From a virus, in IMG/VR virus record IMGVR_UViG_3300025676_000013: DNA of 64,000 nucleotides; one strand, given 5' to 3'. Of this stretch, positions 44,322 through 53,803 are shown one piece after another (positions within the stretch are counted from its first letter, which is position 1; each line of letters begins with the position of its first letter). A program made the position numbers and the translations under genes. The notes beneath the pieces were generated by a model, which was given only the letters and a program-made list of their open reading frames with translations, ran no database searches and had not been told where the DNA came from.

Positions 44322-46631
44322 TCATACGTTCCTAAATTTGTCAAATTGGATAGAAGGTAACTTGTCTGTGTCGAAAGCCTCTTGAGAAGGTAGTTTAGAT
44401 TTGGTATTGACGTTCTTTTTGTTAGTAAATTTGCCATAGGACTCTACTGCCTTATTGCCTTTACTACTGCCTACTTGCCCTTGTTGACATACCCAAGAAC
44501 CATTAGCGTTCTCGCAAACTTCCTTAGACTTAGCATTAGTGACATCAAAGGAACTACCACCACCAGAAGAGCCAGAATCAGCGGCTTGAGAGACCACCCA
44601 TTTACCATTGTATTTGATACAGGCTGCCTTGCCAGGTAGATAAGGGTCAACCTTAGTCGCACCCCATTTGGCTAATACAACAACCTCTGCGGATTGATAG
44701 ATATTATTGTCATCACCCATAACGTATTCTTTGCTTCCTGATTTCTCTGCGGCATCGACTTTGGCTAATAATTCGGGTGTATAGAAGGAAGGTTCTATTA
44801 ACTTATATCCCTCAGGGAATCCTAGGTTTGTGAAGTCACAAGAGCCTACTTCCTTAGTGGAAGCCTTTGCGGCTTTTGGCTCACAGGTACAGGTTTCTAC
44901 CTGAGACCAATCACCTGTCTTCATTGCTCGTTCTACTACTTCCATTGATTGATGATATTCACTGATATCACCACCGATATTAGATACTTGCTGTGCGAAA
45001 TTAGCGGCTACAGAGGCACCCATTCCATAGTTGATATTGCCAGGTAACTCAGTTGGTAGCACGAAAGAGGCACTATTAAGCGGAAGAAATGGAGTAGGAG
45101 AGTTCGGGTCTGCGGATGATGCTGCCGCGGCTGCCGGTGCTGGACTAAATGGGGATGCTTTATCTCCTGCAAACTTAGAGGCTGCCGGTAAAGTATCTCG
45201 AACCTTTGTTGATACTACAGGAGCACCTGATACAGATTGTGATGCTGGACTACTTGGAGGTGGGTCACCTACTATAGAACTAAACGCATCAGAGAGAGTA
45301 ACAGCAATCTTGCCCATTGCGGCTTCTATTGAACCTGCTACTTTGACTTCATTATCAGTCATTTCTTTCACGTTCCAGTCACCTTTAGTGGCCTCACACG
45401 CGGCTTTGTCTCTGTTTCTAATGGTGTCTGTACCACCTGTACACCATCCTACTTTGTGTAATTTTGCTACTGCGTTCTTCTTATATGCGGTTGCTTCATA
45501 TGCCTTAGCCTTAGCGTTCTTAATGAATTCGTTTTTAGAACCACTGAATCGGGTCTTGCCTGCTAAAACTTCCTTTGTGAAGTCTGTAACAGCATCTTCA
45601 GGTACTGTCCATCCGACACCATTGACATACTCCATCTCTTCAGAGGAGTAGACTGCATCGACTAATTCTGTGCCTGTAGGGATACTTGCAGAAAGGGTAG
45701 AAAACGTCTGAAGTCCGCCTTGTGCTTGTTGCTTGAATTTGGGTAGTGATGGTAGTCCACCAGACACCTTACCTAAGAAATCACCTAATGGGATAATAGG
45801 ATTGGTTGGACTCGCTGTAATACCAGTGACTTGTTGATACAATGTGACGATATCATCCATAACAGGTGTCGCAATATGCTTCAACATCTTATGGTTATTG
45901 ACCAAGGCACAAGGGTCACCTGTTGCCAACTTAGCGAATGCGGCCCATTGTGCTAGTTTGTTCAATGCGGCTTGCATTGCATCAAGGTCTTTTTGGATGA
46001 GTGCATTCAAAGAACCCATCATATCTTGACACATACCATTGAAATCAGCAACTAAATCTTGTACAACATCGGCAGATGCTAACATATTAGATATTGCTTG
46101 TGGATTGGTGCTATCTATGATAATTCTATTCACTCGGCGTTGAATCTGTTTCAAGTCACCTAGTCCAAGAGCATCATCAATGACACCAGCACCATCGAAC
46201 AATGTGGCGAAGCCAGCAACACAATCAATCTCTGATTCGTAATTGCCTAGCAAGTCTGCTAGTTCTCGTCCTGCTTGTTGGATACCTGAATTCTTAATAT
46301 AGTCAGTAGCGGCTGCGGCTGCGGCATTCAATGCAAAATCACCACAGGTGGTGAATGAGTCAGAGAGGTCTTGAACCTCACTCAATGCTTGCCATAACTG
46401 AACACCATCTTGTCCGAATGCGGCTTGCAGGGCTACTGGGTCTACCTTATCTGTGATAAACAGACTATTGGCCGCAGTCTTCATCTTAAACGCTGAAGTA
46501 TGAGCAGGCGATTGTAACATATCCCCGACTTGACCTAACGCCTCGTTGATTCCGCCCCCAAAGGAAGTTGTACCAGTGGCAGACTTAATTGTATCTACTA
46601 CACTTACACCACTTGTTGAAAAACTGACCAT
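44322..46631 (-). CDS. Unknown 769-aa protein in the gp5-PAAR region (helical N-half, P/S/A-rich linker, Cys modules)
   Basis: Long co-oriented ORF; no family recognised. Confidence 0.6.
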   Translation of the reverse strand: MVSFSTSGVSVVDTIKSATGTTSFGGGINEALGQVGDMLQSPAHTSAFKMKTAANSLFITDKVDPVALQAAFGQDGVQLWQALSEVQDLSDSFTTCGDFALNAAAAAATDYIKNSGIQQAGRELADLLGNYESEIDCVAGFATLFDGAGVIDDALGLGDLKQIQRRVNRIIIDSTNPQAISNMLASADVVQDLVADFNGMCQDMMGSLNALIQKDLDAMQAALNKLAQWAAFAKLATGDPCALVNNHKMLKHIATPVMDDIVTLYQQVTGITASPTNPIIPLGDFLGKVSGGLPSLPKFKQQAQGGLQTFSTLSASIPTGTELVDAVYSSEEMEYVNGVGWTVPEDAVTDFTKEVLAGKTRFSGSKNEFIKNAKAKAYEATAYKKNAVAKLHKVGWCTGGTDTIRNRDKAACEATKGDWNVKEMTDNEVKVAGSIEAAMGKIAVTLSDAFSSIVGDPPPSSPASQSVSGAPVVSTKVRDTLPAASKFAGDKASPFSPAPAAAAASSADPNSPTPFLPLNSASFVLPTELPGNINYGMGASVAANFAQQVSNIGGDISEYHQSMEVVERAMKTGDWSQVETCTCEPKAAKASTKEVGSCDFTNLGFPEGYKLIEPSFYTPELLAKVDAAEKSGSKEYVMGDDNNIYQSAEVVVLAKWGATKVDPYLPGKAACIKYNGKWVVSQAADSGSSGGGSSFDVTNAKSKEVCENANGSWVCQQGQVGSSKGNKAVESYGKFTNKKNVNTKSKLPSQEAFDTDKLPSIQFDKFRNV

Positions 46632-46641
46632 TTAATGCCCC

Positions 46642-47346
46642 TTACATAAACAATACTTGATTGATTCTATTATAATCACTGAACATACCAAGGTCTACAT
46701 TTTGTCCGTGTAGAGTGTCCGCTTGATATAATACCATTCGATTATATGCCATTTTCGCTTCATATTCACAAGCATAGGGTCTTCCGCCGTCTACTTTTGA
46801 TTTAACATAATCAAAATTTATATCTCCTACATTGGCGTCTTCTAGCCATTGAGGAGTGTAATCGTTCTCTATACTGAGATTACCCATATGACTGTACATA
46901 TTGGTACCACCAGCACATTCTTCTTCCGTATTTAAGTACACTACAGAACCGAATTGATATCCAGGTCCATCTTGCATCTTGAAATGGTCTTGATGAGGTA
47001 TAATGCCAACAGGCGTTCTTAATAGTGTCTCATCGTTTAACACGTTAACCATAAACTCTTGATTGTCCCAATGCTCATTGAACCGTTTCTCTTCAAAGTG
47101 ACCAAAGTATAATTTGCATAGTTGAAAATATACCTTATGCAGGGAATCTTTAACTTCGGCAGTCTCTACGACACCTCTTGCACCCGGCAAGTTGTGTATC
47201 AAATCAGCCTCTGTCCTATGGTCTATTGATAGGGCTAAATCTCTTATCTCATCAGGATTCTTGTAGAAATCATCAATCACAACAACCCTTCGCTCCTTAC
47301 TAATCTGTACGACATTAATCTTCATCTTTGGATTTGGCTCAAACAT
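46642..47346 (-). CDS. 2OG-Fe(II) oxygenase-like protein (DUF6445 type)
   Basis: VVVIDDFYKNPDEIR, PHQD, VVYLN..GGT, YNRMVLY..LHG, RINQV (HxD...H...R). Confidence 0.8.
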   Translation of the reverse strand: MFEPNPKMKINVVQISKERRVVVIDDFYKNPDEIRDLALSIDHRTEADLIHNLPGARGVVETAEVKDSLHKVYFQLCKLYFGHFEEKRFNEHWDNQEFMVNVLNDETLLRTPVGIIPHQDHFKMQDGPGYQFGSVVYLNTEEECAGGTNMYSHMGNLSIENDYTPQWLEDANVGDINFDYVKSKVDGGRPYACEYEAKMAYNRMVLYQADTLHGQNVDLGMFSDYNRINQVLFM

Positions 47347-47357
47347 TATATAATTTC

Positions 47358-48353
47358 CTATGGATTCAAGTGAATAATAGAGCCTTTGATTGTATGGACT
47401 CCAGCAGATTGGTCTAGTTTAGTGCCACCTGTTTGAATTTCTGTAGTACCACCGACATATACTTGCCATTTACCGTCAATCTCTGTAATACAATCACCTT
47501 CAACGTGTGTCTTATAGTCTCCCTTTACTGATAAGTGAGCATCTCCCTCAACGGTTATGGACATATTACCACCAGCACCATCTACTGGATTTGGTTTAAT
47601 GTGTATATACTCGTCTCCTAAGACAATCTGATAATTATCTTTCTGTACTTTAGTTACTTTTGTGCCATCCGCTCGTATCTCTTCAAATGTGCCTGACTTG
47701 TGCCACTTCATTAGTCGCTCGTTGTCTACTGTGTCATCCCATTCCTCTACGTGACCGCTTTCGCTTGCTCTAACGTGATTAAATGGGTAACTGGCTTTGT
47801 AGGGGTTCTCAGGTTCATCCCAAGTGTCTGCTAGTGCTTTATAGACTTCTTTATCTTCTACACGACCACCAGCAGTATCAAGAGGAGTGGGTTTTGAAAC
47901 AATCTCTTCTCCTTTTACAGGCTCTTTAAAGTCTACTCTTCCACGTCTATGTGTATCGGGTTCTTTTAAGTGCGTTTCTTTAGGATACACTAGATTAGGG
48001 TCATTGAATCCCACTTTGGCTACTGGTGCTTCCATAGGGAACCCACCGAATGTGCCCATTACAATAGGCTCTTGAGCGTTCTGCCCATCTCTGAAGAATC
48101 CTATAACCCACGTTCCTTCAACACAACCTAATGGAGTTGTTCCAACACCGTTCATTGCGGCTGAAGTAATTGGTTGCATTGGATGTGCCCAAGGCAAATC
48201 GGCTGTAGGTATACCTGTATCGATTGCTTGAACTGTTTTATCTGTGTGTAGTCCAGCGATACGTACCTTCATACGTCCTAATTTCATAGGGTCACGTCTG
48301 TCTTCTACGACACCCGTAAACCAAATAAATCCATCAAATCCCATAAACTGCAT
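47358..48353 (-). CDS. gp5: Baseplate central spike (OB-fold plus beta-helix), no lysozyme domain
   Basis: WFTGVVEDRRDPMKLGRMKVRI, WVIGFFRDGQNAQEP, YPFNHVRASESGH, V.GD repeats. Confidence 0.92.
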   Translation of the reverse strand: MQFMGFDGFIWFTGVVEDRRDPMKLGRMKVRIAGLHTDKTVQAIDTGIPTADLPWAHPMQPITSAAMNGVGTTPLGCVEGTWVIGFFRDGQNAQEPIVMGTFGGFPMEAPVAKVGFNDPNLVYPKETHLKEPDTHRRGRVDFKEPVKGEEIVSKPTPLDTAGGRVEDKEVYKALADTWDEPENPYKASYPFNHVRASESGHVEEWDDTVDNERLMKWHKSGTFEEIRADGTKVTKVQKDNYQIVLGDEYIHIKPNPVDGAGGNMSITVEGDAHLSVKGDYKTHVEGDCITEIDGKWQVYVGGTTEIQTGGTKLDQSAGVHTIKGSIIHLNP

Positions 48354-48357
48354 AATA

Positions 48358-49683
48358 TTAACCCCTCGCTGGTATTGTTATCTCTGGGTCTGTAAAGAAC
48401 CCGTCTTTCATACATTCAAGAGTCATTGTGTACTCGTGATTATTAATCTTGTGATGTATGGCTGTGATTAGCCACTTACCAGTTGAATACTGGTCTTCTT
48501 CTTCAGTGACAGTTTCATCCCTTATACTAGAGGCAATCTTTAGTGTAATAACATCACCTGCAAATATGTTCGTGTCTCCTGCCATACTGAATTTAACAAT
48601 GTTTGTTCGTAGTTGGGACATCTTCATATCGTGCAGAGGATAGTGGCTCTTCTCGCCCTTATCGTGTATTTGATACAAATAATTGTCACTCATAAGTCCT
48701 GTGTGTTGGTCTACGTTGAAATCTTTAAATGGTTTGCCTGGAGTACCGTTCAGACCAATACCCTCTGCTAGAACCTTATCTTTTTCCCCATCATACTCTA
48801 CTTCATATTTAGTTAGTTTCTTTTCGAGGATGTTATGTGTCAATATGGAACTACCGTAGTGTCCGTTGATTTGACTGTTAGGGATATTGAATCGTTGTGT
48901 TTCGCTATAGTCTTCCATAATAGCGTCATTGACATTTATCTCGCTATCACCACTCTGAGAAGATTTTAGTGGGTTATCTTTCAGTATCATTTCCCTCTTA
49001 GACTTACCCTTTAGCAACTCATCAAGCGTAACGAATTTGAATCCCTCGTTGTTCTCAAAGAATAGATAGTTGGATTCGCCCTCAGCGGATACAGAGTTCT
49101 TAGCAAGAAAATTGATTAGATGAAATGGATTCCAATTAGGTACGACTATCTCTTTAGGATGTTTCGATGGAGTTATTTTACACGTAGTCCATTCCTTTGC
49201 ATCACCACCTAGTGTGCCGAACATAAGAACCTTGTCGCTTACATATTGTACTATATCAGAAGCAGTCGATTTTGTAAATGACCTACTGATTTTCTTCTTA
49301 TTGTTAGCGATAACATATGGCGATACAATGCCTATCTGATAGGCAGTATGTTTCTCAGTGCGTTGACCCGCTGTTACGTAACTAACCGCAAATTCTTTTT
49401 CTAGGTTAGCAGTCTTTCCCAACGCATCAGTGGACATAGATGTGTCTATCTCAAAGTGGACTTTCTCTTCACCACTACCAATAATACCATTTGCTTCTAC
49501 AAATCCAACACCATCGTGGATTTGTATGATACCGTGCATTGCATTAGTGAATATGGACTCATAGATAGACAGTTGGTCTATAATACCAGCCAATTCTGTA
49601 CTGTCTCCCATTATGCTAGTGAACTTACAGTTCCATTCAGATGTTGCTTTCGGATTAAGTGTATTAAACTTCTTCTCTGCCAT
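48358..49683 (-). CDS. Putative baseplate hub protein (gp27-like)
   Basis: IYESIFTNAMHG.I.I.D, YLFFEN..GFKFVTLDELL, AGDVITL, TGKWLITAIHH; between gp53 and gp5. Confidence 0.6.
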   Translation of the reverse strand: MAEKKFNTLNPKATSEWNCKFTSIMGDSTELAGIIDQLSIYESIFTNAMHGIIQIHDGVGFVEANGIIGSGEEKVHFEIDTSMSTDALGKTANLEKEFAVSYVTAGQRTEKHTAYQIGIVSPYVIANNKKKISRSFTKSTASDIVQYVSDKVLMFGTLGGDAKEWTTCKITPSKHPKEIVVPNWNPFHLINFLAKNSVSAEGESNYLFFENNEGFKFVTLDELLKGKSKREMILKDNPLKSSQSGDSEINVNDAIMEDYSETQRFNIPNSQINGHYGSSILTHNILEKKLTKYEVEYDGEKDKVLAEGIGLNGTPGKPFKDFNVDQHTGLMSDNYLYQIHDKGEKSHYPLHDMKMSQLRTNIVKFSMAGDTNIFAGDVITLKIASSIRDETVTEEEDQYSTGKWLITAIHHKINNHEYTMTLECMKDGFFTDPEITIPARG

Positions 49684-49689
49684 AATATA

Positions 49690-50193
49690 TTATTCCTGTA
49701 CTTGAGGTTTAGTGTTTCTCATCCAACTCTTAAATTCCTCTACAACCTTTGGAATGTGTTCTGGTTTGAGAAGCATTATACTCCTTAGTTTATCGTTTTT
49801 ATAAATTTCCCAGTCTAAATTAGTAATTGGTACTCTATCGTTCTCAGGACTGTCAGTGGGATACTGTACGTAATTTTGGTCTTCATAGTGATGAATATCA
49901 TACCTATTGGCATATGCTAAATCAGTATATCGATATACCTCGTGTTCACGTTTAACCCAATCATAGAATGGGTCAATGACTTTGTTGATTGTGCATACAA
50001 CCCACCACAAATCTTGGTCACCATACACGTCCTCTGCTACCTTCTCAGGAGTCATTTCTTCTGAAATTCGTATCTCATAGTACATTGCTTGGAATTTTGA
50101 TACTTCCTTGAGCATATCAATTCTATGAGTAATGTCTGCTATAGTAACTCCATTATACTGTAACTTAGGGAGCATATGTGTATATTTTGACAT
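49690..50193 (-). CDS. gp53: Baseplate wedge subunit (LysM-like)
   Basis: TPEKVAEDVYGDQDLWWVV..N..IDPFYDW, IHHYE, LLKPEHI. Confidence 0.9.
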   Translation of the reverse strand: MSKYTHMLPKLQYNGVTIADITHRIDMLKEVSKFQAMYYEIRISEEMTPEKVAEDVYGDQDLWWVVCTINKVIDPFYDWVKREHEVYRYTDLAYANRYDIHHYEDQNYVQYPTDSPENDRVPITNLDWEIYKNDKLRSIMLLKPEHIPKVVEEFKSWMRNTKPQVQE

Positions 50194-51143
50194 TAGTAAC
50201 CTCCCTCTATTTCTTCGTGTGTCACTATTGAATTTTCTTTTATGTTGAGTGTCAGTTGTGTTTCAACAGGTGCACCATCTTCATAAGCATTCCACGTTCC
50301 TGTTGGAGTATAATTCACTTCAACACTCAATATGAACGAATCTTTAATTTTAAATAAGAAAGGATTAATATCATCCTTATACCAGAATTCAACTGCGACA
50401 GTAGGGGGTATTGATAGCCTGCCCATCTTTCTGAATATTTCTTTATTATCACCACTTGCCTTCTGGAGAGAGTCTTTCTTAGCCTTAGCCTTAGCGGCTG
50501 CCTCCTCTGTAGTGTCTTTACCACCCCAAAACCCTGCAACGGCTGGACTTGCGTATGCTTTCAATACGTTTACAATTTCAGTGATAGCCGTTTGCTCGTC
50601 TTCATTTTTTGGCGTCATTCTCCAAGATAATGTGTGGCTACGTAATGTAGCACCATCGTACACTAATCCTTGATTCTGATTGATTACAGAAGCGTGACTC
50701 ATCTTAGCGGAAGCGTTCATTGAAACACCTAAGTTTTCAACAACATTGACTACTTCTTTTCCTGCTTGAGCACCTGTGGCTTTAGCAGTACCAAGTGCGG
50801 CTTCAAGTGCGCCAACGACACCATCACCAGAGCCAATTGCTCTATTGACCATCATATCTCCTGCTTCAGAGAAGTTCTGATTATATCCAGTTCCAAGTGT
50901 CAGTGGCATTGGCAACCAAATGTCTGCTAGATGATATCCTGCCAATGAGTGATTTTGTCCCTTAACTCCTGCAGTAACCCCTTTTGGGGCCCAAGAACTC
51001 ACTGTGATTTTTGTCCAGAAGTTGCCAGCACTAATAGGTTCTAAAGGGAATTTAAATGGGACTGCGCCTTGGGGCCGTTTTGTGGATGGCGAGAGAACTG
51101 CTTCTGGTCCCATTGCTCCTCCACTCAAACCATTTATTTCCAT
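50193..51143 (-). CDS. gp48: Baseplate tail-tube cap
   Basis: IWLPMP, LRSHTLSWRMTPKNEDE..I..I, SVEVNYTP, DGAPVETQLTLNIKE. Confidence 0.85.
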   Translation of the reverse strand: MEINGLSGGAMGPEAVLSPSTKRPQGAVPFKFPLEPISAGNFWTKITVSSWAPKGVTAGVKGQNHSLAGYHLADIWLPMPLTLGTGYNQNFSEAGDMMVNRAIGSGDGVVGALEAALGTAKATGAQAGKEVVNVVENLGVSMNASAKMSHASVINQNQGLVYDGATLRSHTLSWRMTPKNEDEQTAITEIVNVLKAYASPAVAGFWGGKDTTEEAAAKAKAKKDSLQKASGDNKEIFRKMGRLSIPPTVAVEFWYKDDINPFLFKIKDSFILSVEVNYTPTGTWNAYEDGAPVETQLTLNIKENSIVTHEEIEGGY

Positions 51144-51202
51144 AATTCATACTCCATCTTTAAATTCATTGTCGATTTCCTCTAGAAAGATACTCTTTGA
51201 AC

Positions 51203-51216
51203 TATTTATATAAATA
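51203..51216. promoter_or_regulatory. Palindromic overlapping divergent late promoters TATTTATATAAATA
   Basis: TATAAATA on both strands between the divergent gp48 and gp4 genes. Confidence 0.85.
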
Positions 51217-51222
51217 ATAGTA

Positions 51223-51663
51223 ATGGCACATAAAGGTAAGTACAAAGTTAAGAATCGCTCAAAGTACGTTGGTGCAGTTGATAACGTAGTATATCGGTCA
51301 TCGTGGGAAAGACGATTTATGGTATACGCTGATACGAGCAAGAAGGTAATTAAGTGGAATAGCGAAGAACTCGTAATTCCATACGTAAGCCCAGTTGATG
51401 GTAAAGTTCATAGGTACTTCCCAGACTTTTGGATTCAATCATTAAGTGAAGATGGAAAGATAAGTAATATAATAATAGAAGTTAAACCAAAGGGACAGTG
51501 TCAAGCACCTAAGATGGGCAAGACAGCGAAAAGCAAGTACAGGTACTTGAGAGAGTTAAAAACGTGGAAAGTAAATGAAGCAAAGTGGGATAAGGCTAGA
51601 GAATTTTGTGAAGACAGAAAATGGGAATTTAAAATACTCACTGAGGACCATCTGGTAAGGTAA
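51223..51663 (+). CDS. gp4: Head completion nuclease
   Basis: YRSSWERRF, WNSEELVIPYVSPVDGKVHRYFPDF, IEVKP, VNEAKW. Confidence 0.95.
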   Translation: MAHKGKYKVKNRSKYVGAVDNVVYRSSWERRFMVYADTSKKVIKWNSEELVIPYVSPVDGKVHRYFPDFWIQSLSEDGKISNIIIEVKPKGQCQAPKMGKTAKSKYRYLRELKTWKVNEAKWDKAREFCEDRKWEFKILTEDHLVR

Positions 51664-51664
51664 T

Positions 51665-52357
51665 ATGGCAATAGCAGTCGCAAAGAAACTAATTCAAATC
51701 GCTGTAGGGACTGAGAAGGTCGCTAGTGATGGGCAGAAATATCGTTATCTCGGTAAGCAATGGGGTAAGATAAATCCTAAGTCTGGTAAGACAAGTCAGA
51801 TGGCTCGTAAGGCAATTGGTGCAGAGTTAAACACATTAGCACAAACTCCTAAACGAGGCTCTAAGGCAACTAAGGCTAAGAGGAGTGCCGCTTGGTTTAA
51901 GACTAAAGTTGGTGAATCCGCTAAGGGTATGAAGAAACGTGCAGTTCTCAAGCCAGGACGAATGTTCACATTCGGATATGATGCAAAACATAAGAAAACA
52001 CTACCATACTGGGATAGATTCCCTCTCATTGTAGTATTAGATGTATATAAGGATGGCTTCATAGGACTCAATTTTCACTATCTATCTCCTGTAGAACGTG
52101 CGAAATTTCTATCTAAAATAATGAAATTTGCTAGTGAAAAGGGCGATACAGATAGTATGTCTGATAAGGCTCATTTTAAATTGAGTTGGGATGCTGTGAG
52201 AAACATTAACGGGGCCGAGAAGATGATACATAAATACTTATATGGGCACGTAAAGACAAGTCTTTTAGAGGCACCAGCGAATGAATGGGAAAATGTTATA
52301 TATCTCCCATATCAGAAATTTGTTGGCGCTTCTGCTAAATCAGTTTGGGGCAAATAA
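51665..52357 (+). CDS. gp2: DNA end protector protein
   Basis: PGRMFTFGYDAKHKKTLPYWDRFPL, GLNFHYL. Confidence 0.92.
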   Translation: MAIAVAKKLIQIAVGTEKVASDGQKYRYLGKQWGKINPKSGKTSQMARKAIGAELNTLAQTPKRGSKATKAKRSAAWFKTKVGESAKGMKKRAVLKPGRMFTFGYDAKHKKTLPYWDRFPLIVVLDVYKDGFIGLNFHYLSPVERAKFLSKIMKFASEKGDTDSMSDKAHFKLSWDAVRNINGAEKMIHKYLYGHVKTSLLEAPANEWENVIYLPYQKFVGASAKSVWGK

Positions 52358-52975
52358 ATGAACGTAAAAGAATTTAATCAGCAAATGAAAGAACGTGGCG
52401 ACTATGCCCGAACGAATTTATATTCTGTACAGATAACCAAGCCAGCGGGTGTGGCTTTCTACCACGGAACAGAGAAATCAATCACTACAAACGACTTGGC
52501 GTATCGTGCGAAAAGTGTGACTCTACCTGGTAAGTCTCTAGGTACTATTGAGGCAAGACGATTCGGACCAGTATTTAAAGTTGCAAATGATTTGATTGTA
52601 GACACGGTAGCAATTTCCTTTGTATGTAGTCCTAATCATCTAGAACACAGGTTCTTTGAGGGATGGATTTCTGCTATTATGGGTCGTGTAAAAGAGACAG
52701 ATAGACAAAAGTACACCCTATCATATTACGATACTTATGTTGGAGCAGTTGATATTATACCTTTAAACAGACAAGGCCAGGAAGATACGGTACACGTAAC
52801 ATTAGAAGAAGCATATCCGACTAACGTGGGACCAATAGAATTCGCTTGGGGAGAAAGTTCTGAAGTTGCTTCCTTCAATGTAACATTTTCCTTCAGAGAC
52901 TATGTATGGTCTGGCAAGACTGAAGATACTTGGCTAAAAGCAGGCAATTCTAAACTTCTGCAAGACGCCACCTAA
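52358..52975 (+). CDS. gp54: Tail-tube initiator (gp54 / gp19-like)
   Basis: ARTNLYSV, AKSVTLPGKSL, HRFFEGW, LEEAYPTNVGPIEFAW..FNVTFSFR. Confidence 0.72.
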   Translation: MNVKEFNQQMKERGDYARTNLYSVQITKPAGVAFYHGTEKSITTNDLAYRAKSVTLPGKSLGTIEARRFGPVFKVANDLIVDTVAISFVCSPNHLEHRFFEGWISAIMGRVKETDRQKYTLSYYDTYVGAVDIIPLNRQGQEDTVHVTLEEAYPTNVGPIEFAWGESSEVASFNVTFSFRDYVWSGKTEDTWLKAGNSKLLQDAT

Positions 52976-53003
52976 ATTTAATTAATATTATGGAGTGATA
53001 ATT

Positions 53004-53759
53004 ATGGCTTTACCTAAAATCGAAACACCGATTTACAAATTGAAATTACCGTCTACTGGAGACAGTGTAACATATAGACCATTTCTTGTGAAAGAAGAGA
53101 AAATTCTTTTGACAGCAATGGAGACAGCAAAAGAACTAAAGGGATTAGACTTTGCTAATGCAGTAAGGGATGTGATTGTAAGGGTTATCTCTAATTGTAC
53201 AGATGGAAAGATTGATGGTGCTAAACTACCACCATTTGATGTAGACTTTCTGTTTTTGAACATTAGGGCAAAGAGTAGGGGAGATACTATTGAACCGTCA
53301 TTTACGTGTAATCAACCAGACGGTGATGAAGGTAAAACTTGTGGTAGTGTAGATACGTTCCCGATTAAGATTGACGATATTAAGATTGAGTTTCCTGATA
53401 AAGACTACTCAAAGATAATGTTGAATGAACACGTTGGTATTCAATTTAAATACCTAACTACGGCAGAGTTACAGTATCACGATAATGAAGAAGACACTAT
53501 TGAAAAGATGTTTAAGGTTATCGTAGATTCAATTGATTATGTATTTGACCCAGAAGGAGTTTATAAGGGCTCTGAGACATCTAAGGCAGAGTTGTCAGAG
53601 TTTGTAGAGAATTTGTCGGAAGATGTTTTTGATAAAATTAAGGAATACTTCAAGATGCAACCGCAATTGAGACACACCTTAGATTATAAGTGTTCTAAAT
53701 GTGGGTATGTTGAAGAGGTGAAATTGGAGGGCCTAGAAGATTTTTTCGGCTTTGCATAA
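53004..53759 (+). CDS. gp26: Baseplate hub assembly protein (start set at MALPK, GGAG 8 nt upstream)
   Basis: MALPKIETPIYKLKLPS..YRPFLVKEEKILL, FLNIRAKSRG, C..C, LEGLEDFF. Confidence 0.93.
   Translation: MALPKIETPIYKLKLPSTGDSVTYRPFLVKEEKILLTAMETAKELKGLDFANAVRDVIVRVISNCTDGKIDGAKLPPFDVDFLFLNIRAKSRGDTIEPSFTCNQPDGDEGKTCGSVDTFPIKIDDIKIEFPDKDYSKIMLNEHVGIQFKYLTTAELQYHDNEEDTIEKMFKVIVDSIDYVFDPEGVYKGSETSKAELSEFVENLSEDVFDKIKEYFKMQPQLRHTLDYKCSKCGYVEEVKLEGLEDFFGFA
53726..53747 (+). promoter_or_regulatory. Candidate -1 ribosomal frameshift signal: GGAGG, 10 nt, T TTT TTC
   Basis: Heptamer in the correct phase of gp26 (GAT TTT TTC); -1 frame leads into gp51. Confidence 0.65.
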
Positions 53760-53803
53760 GTTATGATTCGCTAGTTAACCACTATAAGACGAACTTTCAA
53801 CTT

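Noticed and set aside
44102-44437. 111-aa ORF as called in the track
   Set aside because: It overlaps the 769-aa gene by 116 nt; the internal ATG at 44320 gives a cleaner gene.
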